Origin: Escherichia phage pEC-M719-6WT.2
Direction: 5' to 3' (one strand)
DNA: 64,000 nucleotides
Sequence record: OQ845958.1
Below the pieces are notes generated by a model, which ran no database searches, had not been told where the DNA came from, and was given only the letters and a program-made list of their open reading frames with translations. This document shows positions 29,039 through 38,621 of this stretch, in pieces (the first letter of the stretch is position 1; the number at the start of each line of letters is the position of its first letter). The translations under genes and the position numbers were made by a program.

Positions 29039-29329
29039 ATGAAATCATCTTTTCGCTTTAACGGTCAGGAACTGGTAGTTGAGAATGTTATCCCGGCTTC
29101 AGAAGAGTTTGACAGCGCGGTGGGTAATGAATTGCGCCGTGTATTTGGTGAAGATAAGAAGTTTGACCTTCGCCCTGTTGAAAACTTTGTAAATTCTGAA
29201 CAAACAGAAAATATTTTTAATGGTGTAGTAACTGGACAACTTGAATCTGAAGCACCAATTGCAATTACAGTCTTTGCTAAGAAAGAAGCTGTAATGACTG
29301 CAGCAGGTTTCATTTCATTCCGCAAATAA
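29039..29329 (+). CDS. hypothetical protein (internal start of ORF-track 29006-29329)
   Basis: ATG preceded by GAGGAAAACAAA; 96 aa. Confidence 0.45.
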   Translation: MKSSFRFNGQELVVENVIPASEEFDSAVGNELRRVFGEDKKFDLRPVENFVNSEQTENIFNGVVTGQLESEAPIAITVFAKKEAVMTAAGFISFRK

Positions 29330-29357
29330 AAAGGGACCTTCGGGTCCCTTTCTTTTT
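29330..29357. terminator. bidirectional intrinsic terminator between convergent genes
   Basis: aaagggaccttcgggtccctttcttttt; palindromic stem with A/T-rich runs on both sides, between ORF 29039 (+) and gene 54 (-). Confidence 0.65.
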
Positions 29358-30315
29358 ATAATATACGTTGACTTCCACCGGAGATTGTTCTCCCAGAACC
29401 AGTGAACGTATTGTACAGACTTGTTAATCCAGATTGAGCACCAGACAAGCGACTCAATTTGGCAACTTCTGCGTTCAAGTTGTTATCTGAACTAATACCA
29501 GATACACCCTTAATAACCTTATCTTCTAACCATTCCAATGCAGCAGCTCTTCCCACCGCGCCAGTTGACATAACGCGATAAGCAAAAGTAACATCAAATG
29601 TAGCTATCTGATTATCCCCTTCATAACTCAATTCAGGCGCTGATACACTTACAGGAACACAACCAGTTAGCATAACAACCGTATGTGGCAATCCATTACG
29701 TGAGTGAAGGTTAACCTGAATATCAGCTTCAACGTCTTCAGGCAAGGCCCTTAGCTGAGTAACTGGGTCTTGCACAGAGTTAACCCAATCGTTAAATGCT
29801 CTGTAGTTCCCTGCCTCTGAATCCATTCTAAAGCTCAATACCAATGGAGAATATTCTCTTCCTGTTATCTTGATATTTGGTGCGTTATGGTTGAGGTCCA
29901 TTTCATAGTTCAACGTGTTATCCGGAAGCTTAACAGAGTGGACCAATAGACCAGCCGTTGGATATGCCATATTAAAGAAATCAAGCAGGTAAGTACCAAC
30001 CTCGAATTCCCCTAATAATGATTGCACAACACGGTTACTCATTGCCCCGATAAGATATTTGCTTATCCCTGATTTGCGAATAAGCTTTTGTGTCCCAGCA
30101 GTAACAAGAGTTGTTATCCCTTGAGTTAAGTCGCCTTGCGTTAAACCAAACCAATCTGAGTTAACAGGAAGGTTGCTGAATAATGCGCCGCCAAACTGGT
30201 CCAGAAGATTCTGAGATTTGGAGGAAGGTGTGGTCGCGAAGACCACACTAAAAAGGTTATTCCTTTGTAAGTCGATATTAATCGCCTGCGTTTGGAATTC
30301 TTGTAAAGTAAACAT
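29356..30315 (-). CDS. 54: baseplate tail-tube initiator gp54
   Basis: 319 aa (T4 gp54 about 320); conserved order 54-48-29-28-27-51. Confidence 0.85.
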   Translation of the reverse strand: MFTLQEFQTQAINIDLQRNNLFSVVFATTPSSKSQNLLDQFGGALFSNLPVNSDWFGLTQGDLTQGITTLVTAGTQKLIRKSGISKYLIGAMSNRVVQSLLGEFEVGTYLLDFFNMAYPTAGLLVHSVKLPDNTLNYEMDLNHNAPNIKITGREYSPLVLSFRMDSEAGNYRAFNDWVNSVQDPVTQLRALPEDVEADIQVNLHSRNGLPHTVVMLTGCVPVSVSAPELSYEGDNQIATFDVTFAYRVMSTGAVGRAAALEWLEDKVIKGVSGISSDNNLNAEVAKLSRLSGAQSGLTSLYNTFTGSGRTISGGSQRIL

Positions 30316-31409
30316 TAGAAACCCTCCGCATATAACGAGCCACGGTTAAGCGTAATGATTTCACGGAAAGTGATTTCAAGTACAAAAGTCGATGGCAGGT
30401 TAGGAGCAATAGCTAATCCGCCGAAATGACCATCCGGAGATTTATCAAATCTTATGCTCTGAATCTGACATGGCCCAAATAGCTCCCCACGACCATCGTA
30501 CGAGCTTGTATCACCGAAGTTGCGGATATACCAGATAGTAGGGTTAGAGACCACCAGAACGTTCGTTAGGAAGCTTGTTATCTCTTCACCGAGCAACTTG
30601 CCGTCAAAGTTATCGATTGCTTCCTTTTTGAAGGTGGATTTATACCATGTATCGATTTTTTCTTTCAGCTCGGAAGCAAACGAACTTTTACCAGTTTCCC
30701 CATAGGAGTAATAGTTAAAAATCTCGTATATCTTCACTATCTGGATTAAGTCCTGGGCCGAACGTGGAGTCATTTCCCAGGTATAAACTTTTGTCCTGTT
30801 GTCCGGGCCAGCATACATGCTTCGTGCGGTTGTGTAAATCTGTTCACCGTGGTCGGCCATTACACCGTTTGTAACTGATTCGAGTGCGCCGAAAACTGCA
30901 GTCGATGCAATGTTACTAAGAATACCGGTGGCTGAGCCACCCCCTTTCGTAATAAGAGATTCACCAACATCATTGAATCGATGCGACACGGATTCTACAT
31001 CAGACTTCGAACGAGGCAACAGGATATTTGCAACAGCATTTGAATCAAAACTTTTACCTGTTGAGCCAGCCCCGGTTAATTTCGATTTAGCAAAAGATGT
31101 TAAACTTTTAACCGGGTTAAATGAAGCACCATTTGAAACGTTCTTTAATGAAGTCAATTGGCTTGACCTATCTGAGCGTAATTCCGGAGATGTTCTTGAA
31201 CTGAAATTGTATGCCGTGAATAACAGACCATTTTTATAAAGGTCATTAACTCGCATATCATCTGAAGAATCATTACCGGAAGCTCGTTCTGCTGGATATT
31301 GCGCCACAATAGTAGCTTGAGCCGGGGCAGCTTTTGACTGCCCCGCGGAGGTCTTAGAACCTCCGTTAAACAAACCCGCAATATCAATATCGAGTTCTTT
31401 TACTTTCAT
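30315..31409 (-). CDS. 48: baseplate tail-tube cap gp48
   Basis: 364 aa, same length as T4 gp48; synteny. Confidence 0.85.
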   Translation of the reverse strand: MKVKELDIDIAGLFNGGSKTSAGQSKAAPAQATIVAQYPAERASGNDSSDDMRVNDLYKNGLLFTAYNFSSRTSPELRSDRSSQLTSLKNVSNGASFNPVKSLTSFAKSKLTGAGSTGKSFDSNAVANILLPRSKSDVESVSHRFNDVGESLITKGGGSATGILSNIASTAVFGALESVTNGVMADHGEQIYTTARSMYAGPDNRTKVYTWEMTPRSAQDLIQIVKIYEIFNYYSYGETGKSSFASELKEKIDTWYKSTFKKEAIDNFDGKLLGEEITSFLTNVLVVSNPTIWYIRNFGDTSSYDGRGELFGPCQIQSIRFDKSPDGHFGGLAIAPNLPSTFVLEITFREIITLNRGSLYAEGF

Positions 31410-31417
31410 ATTATTCC

Positions 31418-33163
31418 TTAGTTAATTCTCGTAGCCTGTCTCATGCCAGGGGCAGGGGTTGAACTTTGGGGAGGCATATTGTATTGCGTCCTGGAAGTCT
31501 TCTGAATATTATTGACCGTGTTAATTTGAGCCTGAGCCGGTGCATCCTTGTATTTATTTTCTTTGGCCTTCATGCCTTCATCAACCTTCGCGGCTTGTTG
31601 CGCATCCGGAGAAGTCTTAATGTCTGGCGGTTTAACCTTCGGTTCATCTTTGAACTTCTCAAGAGACTTATCAAGTTTTTCCAGGAGAGCACGCATATTC
31701 AAGTCTTTCGGAGCTCCACCTTTCGCCATAGCAGGGTCAGCTAATTGTTTTTCAATGTTAGCTCTCATTTCCAGCGCATTCTTTTTATCGGTCGCATCTG
31801 GCTTCATTAGGTTGTCAGCAGTTTGGGTCAAACGAATAATATCAGCCTGTGCTTTGTCACGCTTCTTGAAATAGTCCAGACGTTCTTCTTCTGGAAGGTC
31901 TCTGAAGCTTGTGTCAATACCACCCGCGCGAAGTTGGTCAGCTTGTTCCTTGGTAAGGTTACCATATTTTTCGGCTTGATTAATTAGTTCGGGCTTATCC
32001 TTATACTTCTTATTCATCTTCTCTGCAGCTTTCATTGCTTCAGCCGAACGTTTGTCATGATATTTTGCTATCTTGGTTTGGTCTTCATCATCCAGAGTTG
32101 CCCCTGTATTTTGCTGATAAGACATCAAAGCCGAGGCTTCCACATTATCCGCTAAATCGCCCATCCCAGGGATTTTGCTTAAGATAGCTGAAATCAGTTT
32201 CGAAATCCCAAGCATAAGAAGTTGAGCCATGTTCTTCGTTAAGTTAACCATCCCACGGATAATAGCTTCAGCTAATCCCAACCAGTTCCTTTCACTAAAC
32301 ATCGCTTCAGCATTCTTAGCCCAAGTCATTAGTCCTTCGAGTAACGGTCCCCATTCTTTGAACTTGTCATTAAATTCGGCCCATCCTTTTTCGAATTGCT
32401 TCATGAAATATTGAAAATAAACTCGTATCGCATCGATACCAAATACCAACAGCAATAATCCACCAATAAGCTTGGCTGCTTCAGCAGCGGCCGTAATTGT
32501 GTATTTGAACAGCATCCCGGAGATTCGGTCAGCAACAGAAATCGATGCCTTAAATCCTTTTTCGGTTATCTTCGAAAGGGTGTCAAGCTTATCGCCAAGT
32601 GACCAGGTATTAGTCTCTTTGCCTTCTGCATCGTTTTTTGGTTGTTCTGGTTCTGGAATGAAGTCTGCGTCTGGCTTTTGTTCTTCAGGTGGTATGAGCT
32701 CTGGAACGCTCGCTGTGGGCTTATTCTCTTCAGGCTCTGGTAATGCATCCTCCACAGGTTTAAGGCTTTCAGAACCAGCTACAGGAGACGTGACACCTAG
32801 TTTACCACTTATCATTGCACTGAGTTTGTCGAGTTTATCCGTGAGAATATCCGTGAGGTTTTTAATCCCTTGTTGAGTCTTCTCGGTGGCTTCGGCCGTC
32901 AGTTCGACCCCAGCACTGATATCCTGGAGGACTCCATTATTGGTTTGGATATTCTCGATAATCTGATTACCCTTATCCTCAATAGCTTCCGACACAAGTT
33001 CGGTTGCAGCTTGTGTATTTGTAAGAGTTGTATTCAGATTCGATAGTTCGTCATTCTGTTCGGCAGAGAGGGCTTCCGCCCTCCTTTGTGGTGCTAATTC
33101 TTCAATAAGCTTTTTATTCGGTCCACCGCGTCTGAAGCTCGTTTGTTCGGAGTTCTTATTCAT
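31418..33163 (-). CDS. 29: tail length tape-measure protein gp29
   Basis: 581 aa; extended coiled-coil/charged sequence with central hydrophobic region; synteny with T4 gene 29. Confidence 0.85.
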   Translation of the reverse strand: MNKNSEQTSFRRGGPNKKLIEELAPQRRAEALSAEQNDELSNLNTTLTNTQAATELVSEAIEDKGNQIIENIQTNNGVLQDISAGVELTAEATEKTQQGIKNLTDILTDKLDKLSAMISGKLGVTSPVAGSESLKPVEDALPEPEENKPTASVPELIPPEEQKPDADFIPEPEQPKNDAEGKETNTWSLGDKLDTLSKITEKGFKASISVADRISGMLFKYTITAAAEAAKLIGGLLLLVFGIDAIRVYFQYFMKQFEKGWAEFNDKFKEWGPLLEGLMTWAKNAEAMFSERNWLGLAEAIIRGMVNLTKNMAQLLMLGISKLISAILSKIPGMGDLADNVEASALMSYQQNTGATLDDEDQTKIAKYHDKRSAEAMKAAEKMNKKYKDKPELINQAEKYGNLTKEQADQLRAGGIDTSFRDLPEEERLDYFKKRDKAQADIIRLTQTADNLMKPDATDKKNALEMRANIEKQLADPAMAKGGAPKDLNMRALLEKLDKSLEKFKDEPKVKPPDIKTSPDAQQAAKVDEGMKAKENKYKDAPAQAQINTVNNIQKTSRTQYNMPPQSSTPAPGMRQATRIN

Positions 33164-33716
33164 TTAGGAGTTCCATTATTTTCAGTAACCCCTTAACAGG
33201 ACCATTCGGTCCCGGGATTGCTAATGTGCTTGTGATATCGTCTGCCCACTTAGCAACAAAAGCAGGCATATCCAGAAAGTCTGGAACGTCTTCCCCGAGA
33301 TAAAGAGTCTCCAGGAGATTGTCAACTGGTCCGAATTCTTCATACGGTTTATTAGAGCGGAATTTAAATGTTTTTCCTTGATAAGAGAATTCAAGGCGCT
33401 GACAGATATAAACATCATCCAGCTTATATGTAAACCCATCAATCTCACGTTTGTCTTTTAGCTTACCATTAAATTCCAGAAGATGTAAAGATACAAAGTC
33501 GGATTCAGCTGCTGTAAGATTAGGGAATATCGATTGCATAATCTTTCTTAATGCAGCGTATGGGTTAGGTTCGTTTTTAATCAGATTGTGATGTTTAAGA
33601 CCCAGCTTAGGAATGTGAATCTCTTTATCACCCAGCTGTATTTTCTTCGTCGGCAGAATCAGTTTTAAGTTCATTTTTAACCTTTGGTGGCTCTTCAACT
33701 TCAATAGGCTTACCAT
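33156..33716 (-). CDS. 28: baseplate hub distal subunit gp28 (start uncertain; alternative ATG about 33674)
   Basis: 186 aa in ORF track, overlapping the 3' end of gene 27 by about 89 nt; synteny. Confidence 0.75.
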   Translation of the reverse strand: MVSLLKLKSHQRLKMNLKLILPTKKIQLGDKEIHIPKLGLKHHNLIKNEPNPYAALRKIMQSIFPNLTAAESDFVSLHLLEFNGKLKDKREIDGFTYKLDDVYICQRLEFSYQGKTFKFRSNKPYEEFGPVDNLLETLYLGEDVPDFLDMPAFVAKWADDITSTLAIPGPNGPVKGLLKIMELLNE

Positions 33717-34797
33717 TGGTAAACATATAGAGGTTTGTAATTGATGTATTGTTACTCACTTCATGAATAACTTCGTCTACGTAAAAATCATATTTGAATT
33801 GGTTCTTCGGGTCATAGAAATTTATCTTATCACCCGGGGTTAATTCAAAGTTCCCGTATGTTTTGCAATGCGCGTAACCATCATATTGAGACATGGTTAT
33901 TAATCGTTGCGCTTCTTCGAAACCGTTTCGGTATGTATAATCCGAATAGCCGCCTGAACGAGATACCAGAATGCTGTTTTGTCCTTCCCCAAAAGTTATT
34001 CTGGTTGCGTTCTTGTCAAGGAATGAATGTGCATACACGGTTGCGTTTTCGTATGGTTTTCTTGTGTGTTGGTTCGCCTTTGTTAACCATTCAAAATCGA
34101 AGGCCAATGGAGTCTCGAGGTTTTGTACAAACTGGCCAACCAATCGAGGTTCACCCACCACGAAATTAATTGGCTCTTGTGATGTTAACCATTCATAATC
34201 CTGGATACTTATTCCATCAATATCTTCCCATACAAAAACAAATTTATCAGTTTCTACTGCCAAACCAACTTCCCTTATGAATTCCATATATCGGTTCATC
34301 GAATCACACCATGGAACGTTAGGAGCATAAACGTTTATGCCGTTTATTGGTGGAGAAAGCAACGGTCTATCCTGATAAATTACCCCGGTCATTTCGACTA
34401 ATGTTTCTTGTACACTCGGGTAAAACATACGACTAAATTTCAGGTCTTCAATTTCGTGAATAGGAGCCAGCTGAATTGTAATTATATTATCGCCTTTTGA
34501 ATCCACAGAAACTGCAAAGTGTTTGCTTCCATATATTCTGGATTGGGTTCGGTCTGAGTTGGCATTCTTAACGGAGACTTGTATAATTTGTTCACCGTTC
34601 ATTTTTGTATGTAAGTTCTTTGTGTCGTAGAATTGCAACAGACCTTCGTTTCTTCCGTAAAGAGAATCACGCATGGTCATAGTTGTAAATGTTGCAGCCA
34701 GTTCTACAAAACGGTGCTCGAGCCAGGCATCATAATCTTCGTAAAGGCGTATACTGATATTAGGAAAGCCTTCACGCTGCATAGATTTAGCTGTCAT
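33628..34797 (-). CDS. 27: baseplate hub subunit gp27
   Basis: 389 aa; [30 protein letters not shown] matches T4 gp27 from memory. Confidence 0.9.
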   Translation of the reverse strand: MTAKSMQREGFPNISIRLYEDYDAWLEHRFVELAATFTTMTMRDSLYGRNEGLLQFYDTKNLHTKMNGEQIIQVSVKNANSDRTQSRIYGSKHFAVSVDSKGDNIITIQLAPIHEIEDLKFSRMFYPSVQETLVEMTGVIYQDRPLLSPPINGINVYAPNVPWCDSMNRYMEFIREVGLAVETDKFVFVWEDIDGISIQDYEWLTSQEPINFVVGEPRLVGQFVQNLETPLAFDFEWLTKANQHTRKPYENATVYAHSFLDKNATRITFGEGQNSILVSRSGGYSDYTYRNGFEEAQRLITMSQYDGYAHCKTYGNFELTPGDKINFYDPKNQFKYDFYVDEVIHEVSNNTSITNLYMFTNGKPIEVEEPPKVKNELKTDSADEENTAG

Positions 34798-35546
34798 TTC
34801 TTCAAGTCCTTCTCAACTAACGATAAAGCAATACCTCGTTCGATAGGAATCATGTGCATGATGCTATCCAGTGTATATTGATTCTTTACCAGTAAGTGGT
34901 TAATTTGATAAAATACAAAGACTTCATCCGGGTTAAGGATAAGCTTAAAGACATCAATCAAGTCTGTATATTCGGTTTTGTGTTTTTCGCAGCAACCATA
35001 TGTAAATGGAATATAAACCGAATGCATTTTCTTAAGAAGCTCTTCGAGGCTCTCTATATCAATTGCATCGATAACTTGCATCTTTGTTTCTTCGGGAAGG
35101 TCTTCCCAATTGTATTTTTGTTCCGAGTCTTCGACGGTCTGAATGGTATTCAAGACAAGCTCTGACTTATCTTTATATTCCACTTCAGGGAACTTAAATT
35201 GTATTTTTATCCCCGCGGTTTCCATTGTTGGATTTGTCAATGGACCTTGACTCATATTAAACAAAGTCTGCTTTGTCTTTTTACATTTTTGACATTCAAA
35301 CGCTACCGGGACTTTTGTCTTACCGATAGAGGAAGTGAATACCTTCAGGAATATGTAAGGCCTCCATGCTTTTGGATACTCTCCAAAATAATCTTCCAAC
35401 AGTTCGTCTAATAATTGTTTTTGTTCTTCGACGGGTTTGTTGTTCATGTCGTTTCGCACAAGCAGTAAATCACGGTAATCAGCGACTGTAAACGGTTTGA
35501 AACGATGAACTCCGTCTGGCATTTCACATCTTACGATATTGGCCAT
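34794..35546 (-). CDS. 51: baseplate hub assembly catalyst gp51
   Basis: 250 aa (T4 gp51 about 249); Cys-rich; divergent from gene 26 as in T4. Confidence 0.8.
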   Translation of the reverse strand: MANIVRCEMPDGVHRFKPFTVADYRDLLLVRNDMNNKPVEEQKQLLDELLEDYFGEYPKAWRPYIFLKVFTSSIGKTKVPVAFECQKCKKTKQTLFNMSQGPLTNPTMETAGIKIQFKFPEVEYKDKSELVLNTIQTVEDSEQKYNWEDLPEETKMQVIDAIDIESLEELLKKMHSVYIPFTYGCCEKHKTEYTDLIDVFKLILNPDEVFVFYQINHLLVKNQYTLDSIMHMIPIERGIALSLVEKDLKK

Positions 35547-35570
35547 AGAATCCCCTTTTATCTTTATTGA

Positions 35571-35582
35571 TATTTATAAATA
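35571..35582. promoter_or_regulatory. palindromic late promoter TATTTATAAATA serving divergent genes 51 (-) and 26 (+)
   Basis: TATAAATA readable on both strands within a 12-bp palindrome centred between the two start codons. Confidence 0.55.
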
Positions 35583-35599
35583 CAGTAAAGGAGCAAATT

Positions 35600-36223
35600 A
35601 TGACTTATGAATTTATTGTCCAAATTAAAAATAAAACTATAAATTGTAGGGCTTTTACCTTGCGCGAATACAAAGATTTGCTTCAGGCAAAATTAGAAAA
35701 GCGTATGGAACCTGCAATAATTGAACTGCTTAATAAATGCACTGATGCTAAAGGGTTAAACAAACAGGAAGCCGAGCTGCTTCTTATTAATCTCTGGGCA
35801 AATAGTCTCGGAGCTGTTAACGTCGAGCATACATGGGTATGCGAATGCGGAAAGGAACAAGATATTCCTGTGACTATAAGTCGTGCAAGCATCGTGGATG
35901 AGTCTGAAGTTATTCGTGATTTCGGGGCATTTAAAATTAAATTCCGTTATCCTGGGTTGTTTGAAGACGGCGATAAAGGTAAAATGATTGCTTGTTGTAT
36001 CGAATATATTATCACGGAAGGTGGCGAGCGCATCGTTGTTGATGACTTAAATGAAGCCGAAATCGAGGACCTATACAACGCAATTACCCTCGATGATATA
36101 AATGCACTAACCGAAGAACTTCTCAAGCCACAGGTCCAAATGGCTATTCCTATCTCTTGCGAGTGCGGAGCGCATTCTGTCCATGTAATTAAGGGGCTTA
36201 AAGAATTCTTTAAGTTTATGTAA
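35600..36223 (+). CDS. 26: baseplate hub subunit gp26 (internal start of ORF-track 35567-36223)
   Basis: 207 aa from ATG with AAGGAG ribosome-binding site (T4 gp26 about 208); the ORF-track start would lie upstream of the late promoter. Confidence 0.8.
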   Translation: MTYEFIVQIKNKTINCRAFTLREYKDLLQAKLEKRMEPAIIELLNKCTDAKGLNKQEAELLLINLWANSLGAVNVEHTWVCECGKEQDIPVTISRASIVDESEVIRDFGAFKIKFRYPGLFEDGDKGKMIACCIEYIITEGGERIVVDDLNEAEIEDLYNAITLDDINALTEELLKPQVQMAIPISCECGAHSVHVIKGLKEFFKFM

Positions 36224-36613
36224 ATGAATATAAACAAAATGTATAGCGATGTATCTCCCGACTTATCTACAAGTTGGGATAAAGACGTTGCTAAAGTAAC
36301 TGGCGCAAGGTCTGTTAAGAACAGTCTTCTAGGAATAATCACCACAAGAAAAGGGTCACGGCCTTTTATGCCTGAATTTGGATGTGATATAAGTAATCAG
36401 CTTTTTGAGAATATCACACCGTTAATTACAGATACCATTAAACGCAACATCGTCTCCGCGGTGCGGAACTTCGAACCAAGAATAAGCAATCTACAGGTTG
36501 CAGTTGTCCCTATGTATGATGATAACTCCATTATCGTAACGGTTCAGTTCAGCATTGTTGATGACCCTGATACCCTCGAACAAATCAGGATTCAGCTAAG
36601 TCAAAACGGTTAA
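36224..36613 (+). CDS. 25: baseplate wedge protein gp25
   Basis: 129 aa; GIITTRKGSRPFxPEFGCD and SAVRNxEPRI match T4 gp25 from memory. Confidence 0.92.
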   Translation: MNINKMYSDVSPDLSTSWDKDVAKVTGARSVKNSLLGIITTRKGSRPFMPEFGCDISNQLFENITPLITDTIKRNIVSAVRNFEPRISNLQVAVVPMYDDNSIIVTVQFSIVDDPDTLEQIRIQLSQNG

Positions 36614-36638
36614 TGCTTTAATTTTATGGCTGTATAAT
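36613..36638 (+). promoter_or_regulatory. MotA-type middle promoter for uvsY
   Basis: aTGCTTTAA, 12 nt, TATAAT, then conserved leader GGTTCTAGACCC. Confidence 0.55.
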
Positions 36639-36666
36639 GGTTCTAGACCCTTACATTGGATACATT

Positions 36667-37101
36667 ATGAAAACAGAGATTGAATATAAGTTGGAAGTCT
36701 TTCAGGACGAGTTAGATGCAGATTTAAAAATTGATGGTACACAACTTCAATATGAAACACAAAACAACGTTTTGTTGCATAGCAAATGGTTGAGATTGTA
36801 TACCAACTGCAAGAAAGAAATAATGCGTCTTGAGATTCAGAAGAAAACTGCACTGAAAAAACGACTAGACCATTATACGGGAAGAGGTGACCCAGGGGAA
36901 GAGGTATGCATGGATGTATACGAGAAGTCAGAATTGAAAACAGTCATGGCAGCAGATTCAAACATACTGAAGATTGATACTTCAATTCAGTATTGGGCAC
37001 TACTCCAGGACTTCTGTAGCGCTGCATTAGATGGTGTTAAGTCGCGAAGTTTCGCACTTAAACATATGTTAGAAATAAGACAATTCGAGGCAGGCAAATA
37101 A
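36667..37101 (+). CDS. uvsY: recombination mediator UvsY (internal start of ORF-track 36637-37101)
   Basis: 144 aa; LQYExxNNVxLxSKWL, RLDxYxGRGD, FAxKHxxxxRxFEAGK match T4 UvsY from memory. Confidence 0.9.
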   Translation: MKTEIEYKLEVFQDELDADLKIDGTQLQYETQNNVLLHSKWLRLYTNCKKEIMRLEIQKKTALKKRLDHYTGRGDPGEEVCMDVYEKSELKTVMAADSNILKIDTSIQYWALLQDFCSAALDGVKSRSFALKHMLEIRQFEAGK

Positions 37102-37334
37102 TGCGATATTCTATCGACGATGCGTTTAACCAAGACGAAGAGTTCGAAGAAGAAATTAAGTATATGATGAAGGAATGGAAATTGAATCGTGCAGATATTC
37201 GTATCTGCGCTGACCACCCTTGCGGTGAAGATGTTATCTATGTTAAAGGTAAATTTGCAGGATACATCGATGATGCGTTCTATTCTCACAATATGGGGAT
37301 AGATACTGGTATGAGATACTTTAAGGAAAATTAA
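37101..37334 (+). CDS. hypothetical protein (uvsY.-1 position)
   Basis: 77-aa ORF overlapping the uvsY stop; Cys/His-containing. Confidence 0.45.
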   Translation: MRYSIDDAFNQDEEFEEEIKYMMKEWKLNRADIRICADHPCGEDVIYVKGKFAGYIDDAFYSHNMGIDTGMRYFKEN

Positions 37335-37445
37335 ATGAAAAATATTAGTAAGATTCTCGACGAGATGGTTATCTCTGCAAACCGAATAACTGAAATTGTT
37401 AATGAGATGAAAGCTCGTGCTGCTATTATGAAGAGCACTAAATAG
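37335..37445 (+). CDS. small ORF (36 aa), not in ORF track
   Basis: ATG preceded by AAGGAAAATTAA; ends TAG at about 37445. Confidence 0.3.
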   Translation: MKNISKILDEMVISANRITEIVNEMKARAAIMKSTK

Positions 37446-37473
37446 ATATGTAAGTTTAACTGAGGAGACAATC

Positions 37474-37641
37474 ATGTCAGATAAGATTTGTGTTGTCTGT
37501 AAAACTCCAATCGATTCTGCATTGGTTGTGGATACAGACCAAGGTCCGGTGCATCCGGGCGCCTGTTATAATTATGTTCAGAGTTTGCCAGTTACGGAAA
37601 ATACAGAAGAGCAACTGAACGAGACCCAACTTTTAATTTAG
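37474..37641 (+). CDS. small CxxC protein (55 aa), not in ORF track
   Basis: ATG preceded by strong ribosome-binding site GAGGAGACAATC; CVVC motif; followed by terminator. Confidence 0.4.
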   Translation: MSDKICVVCKTPIDSALVVDTDQGPVHPGACYNYVQSLPVTENTEEQLNETQLLI

Positions 37642-37660
37642 CTAGTGTTGTTAACCATTT

Positions 37661-37700
37661 TTGGTTTTGCCCCTTCCTTTTGGTTGGGGCCTTTTTATTT
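37661..37700 (+). terminator. intrinsic terminator
   Basis: gccccttccttttggttggggc followed by ctttttattt. Confidence 0.5.
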
Positions 37701-37926
37701 AGAAATCTTCGTCTTCGTCGTCGTCCATATCCTCAAGCTCGGCGCGTTTACCGGCAAGAGCATCACGAACACTGATATCATCGGAATCTTTTAGTTCAGC
37801 TTCTTTGCTGCGTTTTTTATAATAGCCTTCCAACTCCTTCAGACCGTCCATGGTCTGACAGGAACCAATCTTAGCCATAAAGCCTTCAATTGATGCTTCG
37901 TACATAATTTCTTCGAAGGATTTCAT
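37699..37926 (-). CDS. UvsW.1-like small acidic protein
   Basis: 75 aa directly downstream (minus strand) of the uvsW region, as T4 uvsW.1; acidic C-terminus. No sequence memory to confirm. Confidence 0.5.
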   Translation of the reverse strand: MKSFEEIMYEASIEGFMAKIGSCQTMDGLKELEGYYKKRSKEAELKDSDDISVRDALAGKRAELEDMDDDEDEDF

Positions 37927-38621
37927 TATATTTCCACCTGTTTAATTAAATTTCTGATTTTATATAAAGAAAGCCCCGTTGCTACAGAAGCTTGCTTCAT
38001 CGAACCATATTCAATCCCGTTTAAAACCACTTTCTTAGCGGCAGGATTTTTGGATGGGTCTTTATAACGTTCTTTTGCTTTATCTGAAATTTTCTTTGAT
38101 GCTTCTGGTGTATGTGATTTACCATACATCCAATTACCTTCACCTTTATTTCTTTCAGATATAGCTTGACATTGTGCTTGAGAGTATTTATACGGATTCG
38201 CTTTCTTTGTCGCAGATATTTTATCGGCCCAAGTTATTTTGCGACCCTTCAATAATTGGCTCATATATTCTTTATGTTCTTCAGTATGGTGCTTACCATA
38301 AAAAGGATTACCTTCACCAGTTTGAAGAGCTGACATTTGCCTACGCTCCCATCCATACGATTTATTAAATTGTCGTTGATGTGTCCGAGAGCTCATACCC
38401 ATAGCAATGACGGCCTTTATAAGACCGTAATGATTAGGATGAATTTTGGCCAATAATTTATGTGCAATAAAATGTTCTTCCGGAGTAAGGTTGACTCTGT
38501 TTTCTTGTGTATCAGGTCCACCCATACATTCTGGAATAATATGGTGAGATTCCGTATATCCAATTGGTTTGGAAGCCTTTCGGCTCCCAATTAAATCATC
38601 ATATATTTTTTGATAATTCAA
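37926..38621 (-). CDS. free-standing HNH homing endonuclease (HNH + NUMOD3-like repeats + C-terminal HTH), apparent TTG start
   Basis: 231 aa; ESHHIIPECMGGPDTQENRVNLTPEEHFIAHK; two GEGNxxYGKxHTxExxKxxS repeats; C-terminal GIEYGSMKQASVATGLSLYKIRN. Start/stop overlap uvsW and uvsW.1. Confidence 0.8.
   Translation of the reverse strand: MNYQKIYDDLIGSRKASKPIGYTESHHIIPECMGGPDTQENRVNLTPEEHFIAHKLLAKIHPNHYGLIKAVIAMGMSSRTHQRQFNKSYGWERRQMSALQTGEGNPFYGKHHTEEHKEYMSQLLKGRKITWADKISATKKANPYKYSQAQCQAISERNKGEGNWMYGKSHTPEASKKISDKAKERYKDPSKNPAAKKVVLNGIEYGSMKQASVATGLSLYKIRNLIKQVEI
37930..37948. repeat. 19-bp direct repeat copy 1 (atttccacctgtttaatta), at the 3' end of the HNH gene
   Basis: Exact copy of the sequence at 38622-38640; encodes KQVEI on the minus strand. 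Confidence 0.85.
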
